In this document: positions 26,593-35,125 of the stretch, piece by piece | How the letters are laid out: every line of letters begins with the position of its first letter | Position numbering within the stretch: the stretch's first letter is position 1 | Sequence record: MZ475898.1 | Length of the DNA: 64,000 bases | Reading direction: 5' to 3' (one strand) | Notes under the pieces: model-generated | What the model saw: the letters and a program-made list of their open reading frames with translations, nothing else | What the model was told of the DNA's origin: nothing | Databases searched by the model: none | Program-made: the position numbers and the translations under genes

Positions 26593-27214
26593 CCCACATT
26601 TTATGACGCGCCTTCTGTGCGCAGTAATTCTGATTATCGTTGCTTATCTGATTTGGCAGAAATTGAAGATCAGACGCGCAGAGAGCATGAACAACTACCG
26701 CGCTTCGTTGGCGGTACGTGCCGGTGATTTCAATTTCGGGCGTTGCTGGCGTCATCGCAGTTCGGGCCGTGATTACGTTATACTGTGGATGACCAACCTT
26801 ACTGCTAACAAGCAGGGCTGGGAAGTTATGGTAACGTACACAAACAACCATCGCGATCTGTACACGCGTCCTGTGTCGCAGTTCTACGCTAAGTTCCGTC
26901 GTATGCCTGACTCTGATAGTGTGAAAGACCTGTCGCTGTCTGAGCTGCTTACTCTGGCTACAGCTAACTGTAAGATGCGCGTACCACTTGCGGGTGAGAC
27001 GTGGGTTCGTGAAACCTCGTTGAATCTTAATGGCACGGAAGGTTCGTCCATCACAGAAGCCACAATCACTGACGTGTTGGCGCTTGACACGTCTCGTCCT
27101 GTTGTCACGTATACTGTAAATGGTAAACACACAGCAATGCTGATGTATGTTTTCCTCGCTGATTTCAAACTAAAGGAAGTGCAACGTGAGCAACAACCAA
27201 AAGTTACCGCCTAA
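26573..27214 (+). CDS. membrane-anchored protein with DUF1653-like SH3 domains
   Basis: N-terminal TM helix; WRHRSSGRDYVI...VTY...LYTRPVSQFYAKF. Confidence 0.6.
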   Translation: MLQYLSDPHFMTRLLCAVILIIVAYLIWQKLKIRRAESMNNYRASLAVRAGDFNFGRCWRHRSSGRDYVILWMTNLTANKQGWEVMVTYTNNHRDLYTRPVSQFYAKFRRMPDSDSVKDLSLSELLTLATANCKMRVPLAGETWVRETSLNLNGTEGSSITEATITDVLALDTSRPVVTYTVNGKHTAMLMYVFLADFKLKEVQREQQPKVTA

Positions 27215-27542
27215 CGTTTTCAAATACGTGATGTTCTTGCTGGTCAAAGACGAGCGCACGAACAAAGATCGCACGCATATCCCTATAATCTTCCCACGTC
27301 ATATCATGCACAGTGATATGGGTGATGAGATGCGCGGCTATGCGATACATAACGGTTACGTGGAGAATCGTTACCACCAGACAATGGAACCTGTTAGCGC
27401 AGGCTTTGTTGATCTCAACACTCTGTCGTGCTTCGGCGAATCTGAGTCTATGGAACTCAAGTCTCGTCCAGAAGAAGACAGCCTAATCCTTCGTGAGTAT
27501 TTCAAAGATGATGGAAAACTTCCTGAAGTACCTGTGGAGTGA
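27186..27542 (+). CDS. hypothetical protein (118 aa)
   Basis: GTG start with AAGGA RBS. Confidence 0.6.
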   Translation: MSNNQKLPPNVFKYVMFLLVKDERTNKDRTHIPIIFPRHIMHSDMGDEMRGYAIHNGYVENRYHQTMEPVSAGFVDLNTLSCFGESESMELKSRPEEDSLILREYFKDDGKLPEVPVE

Positions 27543-27846
27543 TGCGTTCTGGTCCTCTCCTGCTTCTGCGTTCGCACCCACTGTTGTAATCATCTCATGG
27601 TTTGTGTTCTGTGAGATTCGTGAACGCCGTGCATTACGTGCAGCACAGCGCGTTGTAGCAAGCGGCTGGGAGCCTGTTGAACATGCCACGTATCAACACA
27701 AATGGCTGCCGTGGGTGAAGTGCTATGTCATGTTCTATACTGTCAGTCTGAACGATAAGTTCATGCCTGCTGTGTACGTGCTAAGAGGCAAGCATAGTTC
27801 TGAAATTCCCATGCACAAATTCCATTCTCGTTGGAGTTTAGTATGA
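27508..27846 (+). CDS. hypothetical membrane protein
   Basis: One hydrophobic segment. Confidence 0.5.
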   Translation: MMENFLKYLWSDAFWSSPASAFAPTVVIISWFVFCEIRERRALRAAQRVVASGWEPVEHATYQHKWLPWVKCYVMFYTVSLNDKFMPAVYVLRGKHSSEIPMHKFHSRWSLV

Positions 27847-28160
27847 CACCCCTCATTATGTTTGATGCACGAACCATTCGCGTGCTCAAGCAAAGTTTCG
27901 GTCAGGACAAGCCTTTTGTTGTAGCGGGATTAAACCCAATCGTTGGCAACAAAGGCGACCGTGTTACTCTCGCTAATGCCTGTAGCGTAGTCGCCATCCC
28001 TCGTGTGATGGGACTTGAAGTAGGTCAAGTGCTTTACGTAGGCACGGATGATGAAGTCTACGCATGGCCTTCTGATATGGTGATGGAATTTGCTTCTGTC
28101 TCTGATAACCAAACTCGGACCATTGCTTATGCATTGCGTCCAATACTCTCGGATGATTAA
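27843..28160 (+). CDS. hypothetical protein (105 aa)
   Basis: GGAG RBS. Confidence 0.55.
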   Translation: MTPLIMFDARTIRVLKQSFGQDKPFVVAGLNPIVGNKGDRVTLANACSVVAIPRVMGLEVGQVLYVGTDDEVYAWPSDMVMEFASVSDNQTRTIAYALRPILSDD

Positions 28161-28162
28161 AA

Positions 28163-29263
28163 ATGACAGGCCCTCTCGATCTCACTAACCCACAGCACTT
28201 CGAACTGTACTCGCTGCACAGCGTTGATGCACAGTATATCAATCTGTGTGACGCACTCCTCACTCAGGGTACGCACGAATCTGACCCAGATCGCACTGCC
28301 GATACGTGGCATACGCTGATCGGTATTGGCTTCCAGTTGTCTAACACCAACATCGCTTTCCCTGCGCTGCTGTCTAAGCGTGTCAACGTCCGTGCAGCTA
28401 TCGATGAATCATGCTGGTTCGCACGCGGTGAAACGAACATCGCAACTCTCGGTTCTAAAATCTGGAACGAGTGGGCAGACGAAGAAGGTGAGAACGGTCC
28501 TATCTACGGCTTCCAGTATCGCAACTGGCCTGACATTAAAGTGTTCAACACTGTCGAAGGTATGATTGAGCAGCACATCCCACCAGCAATGATTGAGCGC
28601 ATCTCGAAAGAGATCAACCGCATGAAGGCGCAGGGCTATATCGAAACTGCGTTGCCTGATGGTCGCGTGCTGTATGAAGGCTATATCGATCAGTACGCTG
28701 ATGCACTACGTCAAATCATGGCGCGTAGTCGTAGCCGCCGCATTCGTGTGCAAGCGTTCAACCCTGGTTACGTTGGTATGCAGAGCCTGCCTCCGTGTCA
28801 CACTGAGTTTGAGTTCAACGTGACCAAAGCTACTGCGTATGAAATTGCGCAGATGGAAGCACGCTCAATGCGTCCTGACGCCGACTCACTGCATATCGTG
28901 GTGACGATGCGCAGCAATGATGCACTTCTCGGGCGCCCCTTCAACATCGTTGGCTACAGCGCCATGCACCAGTTGTTTGCGAAGTGGGCGGGTCTGAACG
29001 TTGGTTCGTTTACTCTGAATGTGACCAATATGCACATGTACGATCACCACCGCGAAGCGTATGCACAACAGCGTGAGCAGTGGCTGGAACTACAGACGCA
29101 GATGCAGACGACAGGCAAACCTGTTGTTTACCCTACCCTCGAAATCACTGACGACATTCTGGGCCTGACGCCAGAAGAGCTGCTGGATAACGTCAACGTC
29201 GATTGGTTCGAGCTGGTGGACTACTCTCCTAAACCTGCTGTTAAAGGACGCGTAACCAAATGA
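28163..29263 (+). CDS. thyA: thymidylate synthase
   Basis: IWNEWAD, GPIYGFQYRNW, LPPCH, MRSNDALLGRPFN, HMYDHH. Confidence 0.93.
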   Translation: MTGPLDLTNPQHFELYSLHSVDAQYINLCDALLTQGTHESDPDRTADTWHTLIGIGFQLSNTNIAFPALLSKRVNVRAAIDESCWFARGETNIATLGSKIWNEWADEEGENGPIYGFQYRNWPDIKVFNTVEGMIEQHIPPAMIERISKEINRMKAQGYIETALPDGRVLYEGYIDQYADALRQIMARSRSRRIRVQAFNPGYVGMQSLPPCHTEFEFNVTKATAYEIAQMEARSMRPDADSLHIVVTMRSNDALLGRPFNIVGYSAMHQLFAKWAGLNVGSFTLNVTNMHMYDHHREAYAQQREQWLELQTQMQTTGKPVVYPTLEITDDILGLTPEELLDNVNVDWFELVDYSPKPAVKGRVTK

Positions 29264-29922
29264 TGCTAATCAGCCGCATTGCTGCATTCCTGTATGTTGG
29301 GTATGCAGAGTCAGTGGAAGACATTCCACGTTTGCTCGTCGAAAAAGTTAAGGTGCGCATCGAAGATCCCGATTGGGACCCGTTTGATGACGTTACCGTC
29401 GAAGATGCACCGCCTATTCTCGAAATGACAGGCAAGGTCATCTATCATCTGCCTCTTAACTGCTTCCTGATCGACGGTCGCATGGAGCAGGACGAATCGT
29501 CCGAAGATACTCTCAAGATGCAGAAGCATTGTCAGACCAACTTCTTCAAGCACAAGCAGACGCGTAATGGCCGTGTAGGCATTGCCGTGGACAGCATGAT
29601 CAGAGAACTGTCTTATGCAGAGGCACAGCACCCTAACTGGCCTACTGAGCCTCTGCACGCTGGTGCTATCCTTGCAGAAGAAGCTGGTGAGTGTCTGCGT
29701 GATTGCGTGTCATACGATGAAACAGGGCGTGAAGATCTGCTTGCATCTATGGCAGAAGAAGCGGTGCAGACAGGCGCTATGGCGATTCGTTTTCTGATCA
29801 ATGCGCATCGCTCTAAAGAGCGCACGCTGCCTCGCTCTACAGTCCGTGACCTGCTGTCAGACACATCCATTCCTCTGGCTGAGCGTGTTGCTAAACTTCT
29901 TGATGTGGTGGACGCTAAATGA
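29260..29922 (+). CDS. protein with C-terminal MazG-like NTP pyrophosphohydrolase domain
   Basis: AILAEEAGE...MAEEAVQTGAMAIRF. Confidence 0.7.
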   Translation: MMLISRIAAFLYVGYAESVEDIPRLLVEKVKVRIEDPDWDPFDDVTVEDAPPILEMTGKVIYHLPLNCFLIDGRMEQDESSEDTLKMQKHCQTNFFKHKQTRNGRVGIAVDSMIRELSYAEAQHPNWPTEPLHAGAILAEEAGECLRDCVSYDETGREDLLASMAEEAVQTGAMAIRFLINAHRSKERTLPRSTVRDLLSDTSIPLAERVAKLLDVVDAK

Positions 29923-30830
29923 AACTACTTGCACTTATTCCAGCTGCTACCACCAATGTTTTCCGCACGCTGCATTGTGTAGGCACGGCAGAAGAGTTCC
30001 CTGTAGGCGAGCATCCTAAGTGGTCTGGCTTTGGTTTGAATATGACTAACGTCAAAATCATTCCTGACCTGGCTAAAGACGCCGTGCCTGATTCGTTCTA
30101 TGTTACTATCGATAGCCACCTCGACTGGTCTGTTGATCTTGACCGTATCGATACGTTCAGCGCTGATTATCTCATCTGGTGCGGTAAGCATACGCCTTCA
30201 ATTGAAGCTGTGCTCGAAGCCCACATGATTAAAGGCCAGCTGCCGAATCTGGTGCAGGACTTCGATGCTTTTGTCGCTGATCTGCAAGAGCGTCTGGACA
30301 ACATGACCAGCCTAGCCAAAGATCGTATGACCATCTCAGGCAGCACGCTGATCGATAGCGACACCACAGCCAAATACAACTTGTGGGCTATCTATCGTCA
30401 CTGTCTGATGTTAGACAACAAGATGGTCCTGCTGTACGGTAAAGACAATCACATCCATGTGTCCGACACGCACGTATCTGAAAAGGGTATCGGCTGGTGG
30501 TTGACCGAGCACAACAAACACATGATGAGCATTGCACAGCAAAACGATCTGCTGGCCGCTTACATTACGTTTGAGCGCGATAGCTCTGGCTATACGTTTG
30601 TTGGTGCTGACGGTACTCAGGTTAAACGTCCTGTCGAGAGCAGCGAGTTCATGCACATGGCGCATCACGGCCTGTTCCCTAAAGTGGTAGTGCGTGAAGA
30701 CGCAGACGGCCGTAACTTTGAACTGTCGTTTGATTACGCCGAATACTTCCCGCAAGCGTATCACGATTTCGTCAATCATGCGTGGGCCGGCCGTTCTGAT
30801 CGTTCACGCGATTTGGTTCGCTTCGTCTGA
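29919..30830 (+). CDS. hypothetical protein (303 aa)
   Basis: Long ORF overlapping upstream stop (ATGA-type coupling). Confidence 0.65.
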   Translation: MKLLALIPAATTNVFRTLHCVGTAEEFPVGEHPKWSGFGLNMTNVKIIPDLAKDAVPDSFYVTIDSHLDWSVDLDRIDTFSADYLIWCGKHTPSIEAVLEAHMIKGQLPNLVQDFDAFVADLQERLDNMTSLAKDRMTISGSTLIDSDTTAKYNLWAIYRHCLMLDNKMVLLYGKDNHIHVSDTHVSEKGIGWWLTEHNKHMMSIAQQNDLLAAYITFERDSSGYTFVGADGTQVKRPVESSEFMHMAHHGLFPKVVVREDADGRNFELSFDYAEYFPQAYHDFVNHAWAGRSDRSRDLVRFV

Positions 30831-30834
30831 TCGT

Positions 30835-30882
30835 TGCGCTGTCTGCTGTCAGTAATTTGAAGCTACTATAGGAGACAGCGCA
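30835..30882 (+). promoter_or_regulatory. RBS-sequestering hairpin with TAATTT in the loop
   Basis: TGCGCTGTCT (30835-44) pairs perfectly with AGACAGCGCA (30873-82), covering part of GGAG and the A of ATG; TAATTT at 30853-58. Confidence 0.65.
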
Positions 30883-31220
30883 TGAAATATGATAAGACCA
30901 AAGACTACCAACCGTTCAAGTATCTTGAGCCGGACCCAAAGGCTCCAAGAGTAGGCTTCTACGGTTCGACTGGCCACACTGTCACAAAGGACGTTCTGAT
31001 AGGGCAGGACGTATGCGAGTTTGAGTTCAAGCCTGAAGAGTTGAACAATATGAATCGCGGTACGCTGCTCTTCCGTGCTAAAGATAGTGGCGGAACTATT
31101 GTCGTAAAGAAATGCTCTGTGCTTGGATTGAAAATGGTAATTACGCTAGAGAGAAGGGTGATTCAGTTCGGCAAGGTTCAAGCTGAATGGATGACCACAT
31201 CCCGACTGTATAACTACTAA
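30882..31220 (+). CDS. hypothetical protein (112 aa), putatively late
   Basis: AGGAG RBS. Confidence 0.6.
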   Translation: MKYDKTKDYQPFKYLEPDPKAPRVGFYGSTGHTVTKDVLIGQDVCEFEFKPEELNNMNRGTLLFRAKDSGGTIVVKKCSVLGLKMVITLERRVIQFGKVQAEWMTTSRLYNY

Positions 31221-31228
31221 CTGTAAAT
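31220..31228 (+). promoter_or_regulatory. ACTGTAAAT motif variant
   Basis: 35 nt upstream of parB ATG. Confidence 0.45.
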
Positions 31229-31262
31229 ACATTGTACAGAAGCAACTACAAGAGAAAAGAGA

Positions 31263-31961
31263 ATGGCAAAAATTGCTAAAGCAAAGGAAGGGAAAAAGAA
31301 AAGCAACCCTATGTTGATTGACCTGAAAAAGTTCAAGTCAGTTAAACAGCTTAAGGGTGCGAAGTACAACCCTCGTTTCATTACAGACAGCCGACTGAGA
31401 GCGCTCGAAGGTTCTTTGGGCAGCTTCGGTGATTTGTCTGGCGTGGTGTTCAACAACAGCGTAGACAGTGGCGTATTGATCTCAGGCCACCAGCGTCTCA
31501 AGTCGATTGAGAAGTGGGACTCGCGCATTGAGATTCAACAAACGTCTGACAAGTACGGCACGGTAGCGTTGGGTTATATCCATGCTACCAGCGCCAAAGG
31601 TAAAACGATCAGCATCCCACTGCGTATCGTTAACTGGTCAGATAAGAAAGTGGAGTTTGCTGCTAACATTGCTGCGAATGCCCACGGCGGTGAGTTCGAT
31701 AACAAAAAGCTCGCGTCTCTTGTTGAGAAGCTGGACCTGACTACAATCAAGCCAGCTCTTATCGGGCTTGACCCGTTAGAGATTCGCGGCCTGCAACAGA
31801 CGCTGAGCAAACAAGCTATCGTCGAGCAGGAAAAGCGTGTTGGTAAAACAACAGGCAAAATGAACGGCAGTACTGGCGAGTTCAAAGAGTACACGACTGA
31901 TGAAGTTGGTACTGCGCTGACCTGCACCTGCCCACGTTGTGGCTTTAAGTTCGAGGGATAA
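31263..31961 (+). CDS. ParB/Srx-like N-terminal domain protein with C-terminal Zn-ribbon
   Basis: YNPRFIT, SLGSFG, ISGHQRL, ANIAAN..GGEFD, CTCPRCGFKF. Confidence 0.85.
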   Translation: MAKIAKAKEGKKKSNPMLIDLKKFKSVKQLKGAKYNPRFITDSRLRALEGSLGSFGDLSGVVFNNSVDSGVLISGHQRLKSIEKWDSRIEIQQTSDKYGTVALGYIHATSAKGKTISIPLRIVNWSDKKVEFAANIAANAHGGEFDNKKLASLVEKLDLTTIKPALIGLDPLEIRGLQQTLSKQAIVEQEKRVGKTTGKMNGSTGEFKEYTTDEVGTALTCTCPRCGFKFEG

Positions 31962-31962
31962 C

Positions 31963-34098
31963 ATGATCATCAAGCCGCCTACAATGAAAGAGATTAATAA
32001 GCTGCCCAAGCCTTGGTCAGGTATGAGTTTCTTTGCAGGTTGCGGTGGTTCATCTACCGGTCACAAGATGGCCGGTATTAACATCCTACTGAGCAACGAG
32101 TTCGTGGACGCGGCTCGTGAATCGTATGAAGCGAACCATCCAACAACCAAAGTGTTGCCCCACGATATTCGTCGTCTTGACCCGAAAAAGCTGCTTAGCT
32201 ATTGCGGCCTGAGTCAGGGCGAACTGGACTTGCTCGACGGCAGTCCTCCGTGCTTCACCGAAGACACGTTCATTCATACCGACACTGGTATGAAGTTCAT
32301 CACTGATATGCGCATCGGTGACTTCGCTATGACCTCTGTTGGTAAGTATCATCCAGTGTATGACACGATGGTACGTCCGTATGACGGTCAGATGCACAGA
32401 ATTGAAACGCTGCTTGGTCAGAACAATGCAACGCCTGAACATCCGTTCTTTGTTCGTCGTCAGAATGAAGAAACTGGCGGGTACAGTGCGCCGTTCTGGT
32501 GTGACGCTAAAGATGTGCAGGAAGGTGACCTGTTAGGTACGCCTCGTGTTACGCCTGATATGGGCGAAGCACACACGCATGAGATTATCTCGTCGTTGAC
32601 TGCGCAGCTTGTGCGTTGGATTGCATTGCCTGAGTTCTGGTGGCTGATTGGTCACTGGTGCAATCGCGGTGCAATCGATAAGATTCGTGGTGTCGATGTT
32701 ATTCAATTCACCTCGATGACAGCGATGGAAAACTCGCTGGTGGAACAAGCGTTCGACGTGCTCAAGTTAAGCAGCATCAACAGCGCTTCGTCCGACATGG
32801 GCGTTCATCGTAAGACCGTTCGTGTTGTTATGGACACAGACCTGTTGCTGTTCTTGCGTATGTTTATCGCGCAGGGCAAGAAGTCTATGTCCCGCCGTCT
32901 GCCTGGCATGATCTTCCATCTGGCTAAAGAGCTGAAACAGCAATTCATTCTCGGCTATCTGGGTCGTGATTACGTCACAGCAATGGGCGTTGGTCATGCG
33001 TTAGAGGCTGACTCAAAGCGCTTCCTAGTTGAGATGAATTACCTGTGCTGCTCTGCGTTCAACAGACCGCTGTTCGATGCAATGTTGTTCACTGACTTGC
33101 ATTACGGTAGTCCGATGTTACCACCGAGTCGCTTCATTACCAAAGAGCACATCGGCTTCCTGTTCTTGCAAGAAGAGGTTAATTTCTTCTTTGAGTTCGA
33201 GCCGGAAGACCCGCATCTGTGGGTTGAAGTGATTGAGAACTTTACGCATCATGAAACGTGCAACGTCTATAACTTCTCAGTCAGTGTTGATGAGACGTAT
33301 GTTGCTAACGGCATGGTCGTGCATAACTGCAAAGGGTTCTCGACTGCTGGCGTGAAAGAAGACGGCTGGGGCAAAGAGGTTAAGTACAGCGGCAACAAGT
33401 ATCAGCAAGTCGATGACCTGTTCGATCAGTATTGCCGTATGCTCAAGCACATGCAGCCTAAAACGTTCACTGCGGAAAACGTTAGTGGCCTCGTTAAAGG
33501 TGCGTCGAAGGGTTACTTCATTGAAATCATGAAGACCTTTGATCAGCTGGGCTACTATGTGCGAGCGCCGTTGCTTAATGCTGCGTGGCTTGGTGTGCCT
33601 CAGTCTCGTGAGCGTATCATCTTTATGGGTGTGCGCAAAGACGTGGCGAAAGCACTCGGCTATAAAACTGCGTTGACTGCTGTGCCTGATGTAACACCTC
33701 AATCAAGCATGGCGTTCCTTGCAGATGCATTGCCGAACATTCGTCGCTATAAAGGTACGGAGCGTGACATTATCAAGTATCTGCCTGCTGTTAACGGCCC
33801 GATGCCTACGATTACCGCTGCTGATGCTATCGCATACGAAACAGCACGCTTCTCCTCTGCTGGCTTCATTGAAGACGACAAAGGGCACAGACGCAAGCTG
33901 ACGATTGACGAACTCAAAGTTGTGTCAGGCATGCCTAGTGATTACGTGCTCACAGGTAAGTTTGAAGAACAATGGGAACGTCTCGGTCGTGTGTGCGTAC
34001 CTGCAATGACGTGTGCTGCGGCAAGCGCGTTGATACGCCATGTGCTTGAGCCTTACGCAAAGCTGCGTAAAAAGAAACCTGGGGATCGTTTTCGTTAA
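31963..34098 (+). CDS. C5-cytosine methyltransferase homolog with intein; predicted carboxymethyltransferase (CmoX-like)
   Basis: Motif I FFAGCGG, IV DGSPP|CKGFS, VI AENVSGL, VIII PQSRER; motif X reads ERLGRVCVP (Arg where Asn is normal). Confidence 0.88.
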   Translation: MIIKPPTMKEINKLPKPWSGMSFFAGCGGSSTGHKMAGINILLSNEFVDAARESYEANHPTTKVLPHDIRRLDPKKLLSYCGLSQGELDLLDGSPPCFTEDTFIHTDTGMKFITDMRIGDFAMTSVGKYHPVYDTMVRPYDGQMHRIETLLGQNNATPEHPFFVRRQNEETGGYSAPFWCDAKDVQEGDLLGTPRVTPDMGEAHTHEIISSLTAQLVRWIALPEFWWLIGHWCNRGAIDKIRGVDVIQFTSMTAMENSLVEQAFDVLKLSSINSASSDMGVHRKTVRVVMDTDLLLFLRMFIAQGKKSMSRRLPGMIFHLAKELKQQFILGYLGRDYVTAMGVGHALEADSKRFLVEMNYLCCSAFNRPLFDAMLFTDLHYGSPMLPPSRFITKEHIGFLFLQEEVNFFFEFEPEDPHLWVEVIENFTHHETCNVYNFSVSVDETYVANGMVVHNCKGFSTAGVKEDGWGKEVKYSGNKYQQVDDLFDQYCRMLKHMQPKTFTAENVSGLVKGASKGYFIEIMKTFDQLGYYVRAPLLNAAWLGVPQSRERIIFMGVRKDVAKALGYKTALTAVPDVTPQSSMAFLADALPNIRRYKGTERDIIKYLPAVNGPMPTITAADAIAYETARFSSAGFIEDDKGHRRKLTIDELKVVSGMPSDYVLTGKFEEQWERLGRVCVPAMTCAAASALIRHVLEPYAKLRKKKPGDRFR
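32251..33327 (+). mobile_element. intein (359 aa) with degenerate LAGLIDADG endonuclease
   Basis: Starts CFTEDT, block B ATPEHPF, ends VYNFSV...YVANGMVVHN, followed by Cys(+1), the catalytic Cys. Confidence 0.92.
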
Positions 34099-34107
34099 GG
34101 AGCAGTT

Positions 34108-34191
34108 ATGTTGTGGGTCGGGTTTATTTTAGGTTTTATGCTCGGCACACTGCTAACGTTGCTGCTGCCTATCCCTTACTTGTCATGGTGA
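34108..34191 (+). CDS. 27-aa membrane peptide
   Basis: AAGGAG RBS; MLWVGFILGFMLGTLLTLLLPIPYLSW. Confidence 0.5.
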   Translation: MLWVGFILGFMLGTLLTLLLPIPYLSW

Positions 34192-34261
34192 CAATCTGTG
34201 TATTATCTCCGAAGCCTGTCACATTTGAAGGTGGGCATGTCGTCCACTAGGAGATAGTATT

Positions 34262-34432
34262 ATGACAAACGTAAACACAAACGAAATCGAAACCCCTTGG
34301 TACGAAGCAGACGATGAGCAGCTAACCGCAGAGCACATTGCAATCATTCAGCAAAAGGCTAATGCTGATGCGATAGCTCGCGGAAAGCCGTTGCCAGATG
34401 CGGATGACCCGAGCTGGATTCGTCTGTTCTAA
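34262..34432 (+). CDS. hypothetical protein (56 aa)
   Basis: AGGAG RBS; hand-translated MTNVNTNEIETPWY...SWIRLF. Confidence 0.55.
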   Translation: MTNVNTNEIETPWYEADDEQLTAEHIAIIQQKANADAIARGKPLPDADDPSWIRLF

Positions 34433-34469
34433 AATAAACTTGGGACAAGGATGTCCTTTGGAGAATGCC

Positions 34470-34604
34470 ATGAACGATCCCGTTGTTCTTTGGTCTATTA
34501 TCGGTGTGCTGTTGTTTCTGCTTGCGTGCGGTGGTGCGTTCATCTATTTCTTGCTGCGCACTGTATCGGAGACAATCTTCCGGAGTCTCTGGGGTGGACA
34601 CTAG
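34470..34604 (+). CDS. small membrane protein (44 aa)
   Basis: GGAG RBS; one TM helix. Confidence 0.5.
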   Translation: MNDPVVLWSIIGVLLFLLACGGAFIYFLLRTVSETIFRSLWGGH

Positions 34605-34773
34605 ACTTCGTGTGGGTCTAGCCTTCATCATTACAGGTGCACTCACATTCATGTCCTGTAGATCACTGGATATGTTATTTGATGACGCCCTACCAATATC
34701 TTTAGTGTTCGGCACTCTTGTCGCACTGCATGAGTTTCATTATCTCATGTCAATGAGGGATTTTGAAAATTGA
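34594..34773 (+). CDS. small membrane protein (59 aa)
   Basis: GTG start with GGAG 8 nt upstream; two hydrophobic segments. Confidence 0.4.
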   Translation: MDTRLRVGLAFIITGALTFMSCRSLDMLFDDALPISLVFGTLVALHEFHYLMSMRDFEN

Positions 34774-35006
34774 AAATACCTAAAAAGTGGCGAACGGCTT
34801 CGAACTCGTTGGCGCACACTGTTGAGATTATTAACGATAATGCGCAACTCGTTGTCGTGTATAAAGTGTGGTACGCTAGGCGCAAACGCTGGGAGTATTG
34901 TGCTGAGCCTATCGAAGTCGTCTTGTATATCATTAAGGACCTGCATTTTGGCGGGTCTCTTGCCGAACTCCGAGCAATTAAAGCCAGTCGAAAAAACAGC
35001 AACTGA
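34770..35006 (+). CDS. hypothetical protein (78 aa)
   Basis: TTG start overlapping the previous stop. Confidence 0.45.
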   Translation: MKIPKKWRTASNSLAHTVEIINDNAQLVVVYKVWYARRKRWEYCAEPIEVVLYIIKDLHFGGSLAELRAIKASRKNSN

Positions 35007-35125
35007 AATACTACACAGGCAAACCGAATGTGTCTTGGCCAGACCAAGACGAAACCGCCGAGTAATCGGCACTCATGGTGTGAGACACACAAGTGAACTC
35101 ACCCTCTACCTAAAAGGTATGTAAT

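Noticed and set aside
28163-29263. ThyA-fold gene as a dCMP hydroxymethylase or other modified-base synthase
   Set aside because: It has Asn in RPFN and the other canonical dUMP-specific motifs.
34470-34773. Possible frameshift at GGGG (34591-94) joining two membrane ORFs
   Set aside because: The downstream part has its own GTG start with GGAG at 8-nt spacing, so two genes explain it without a shift.
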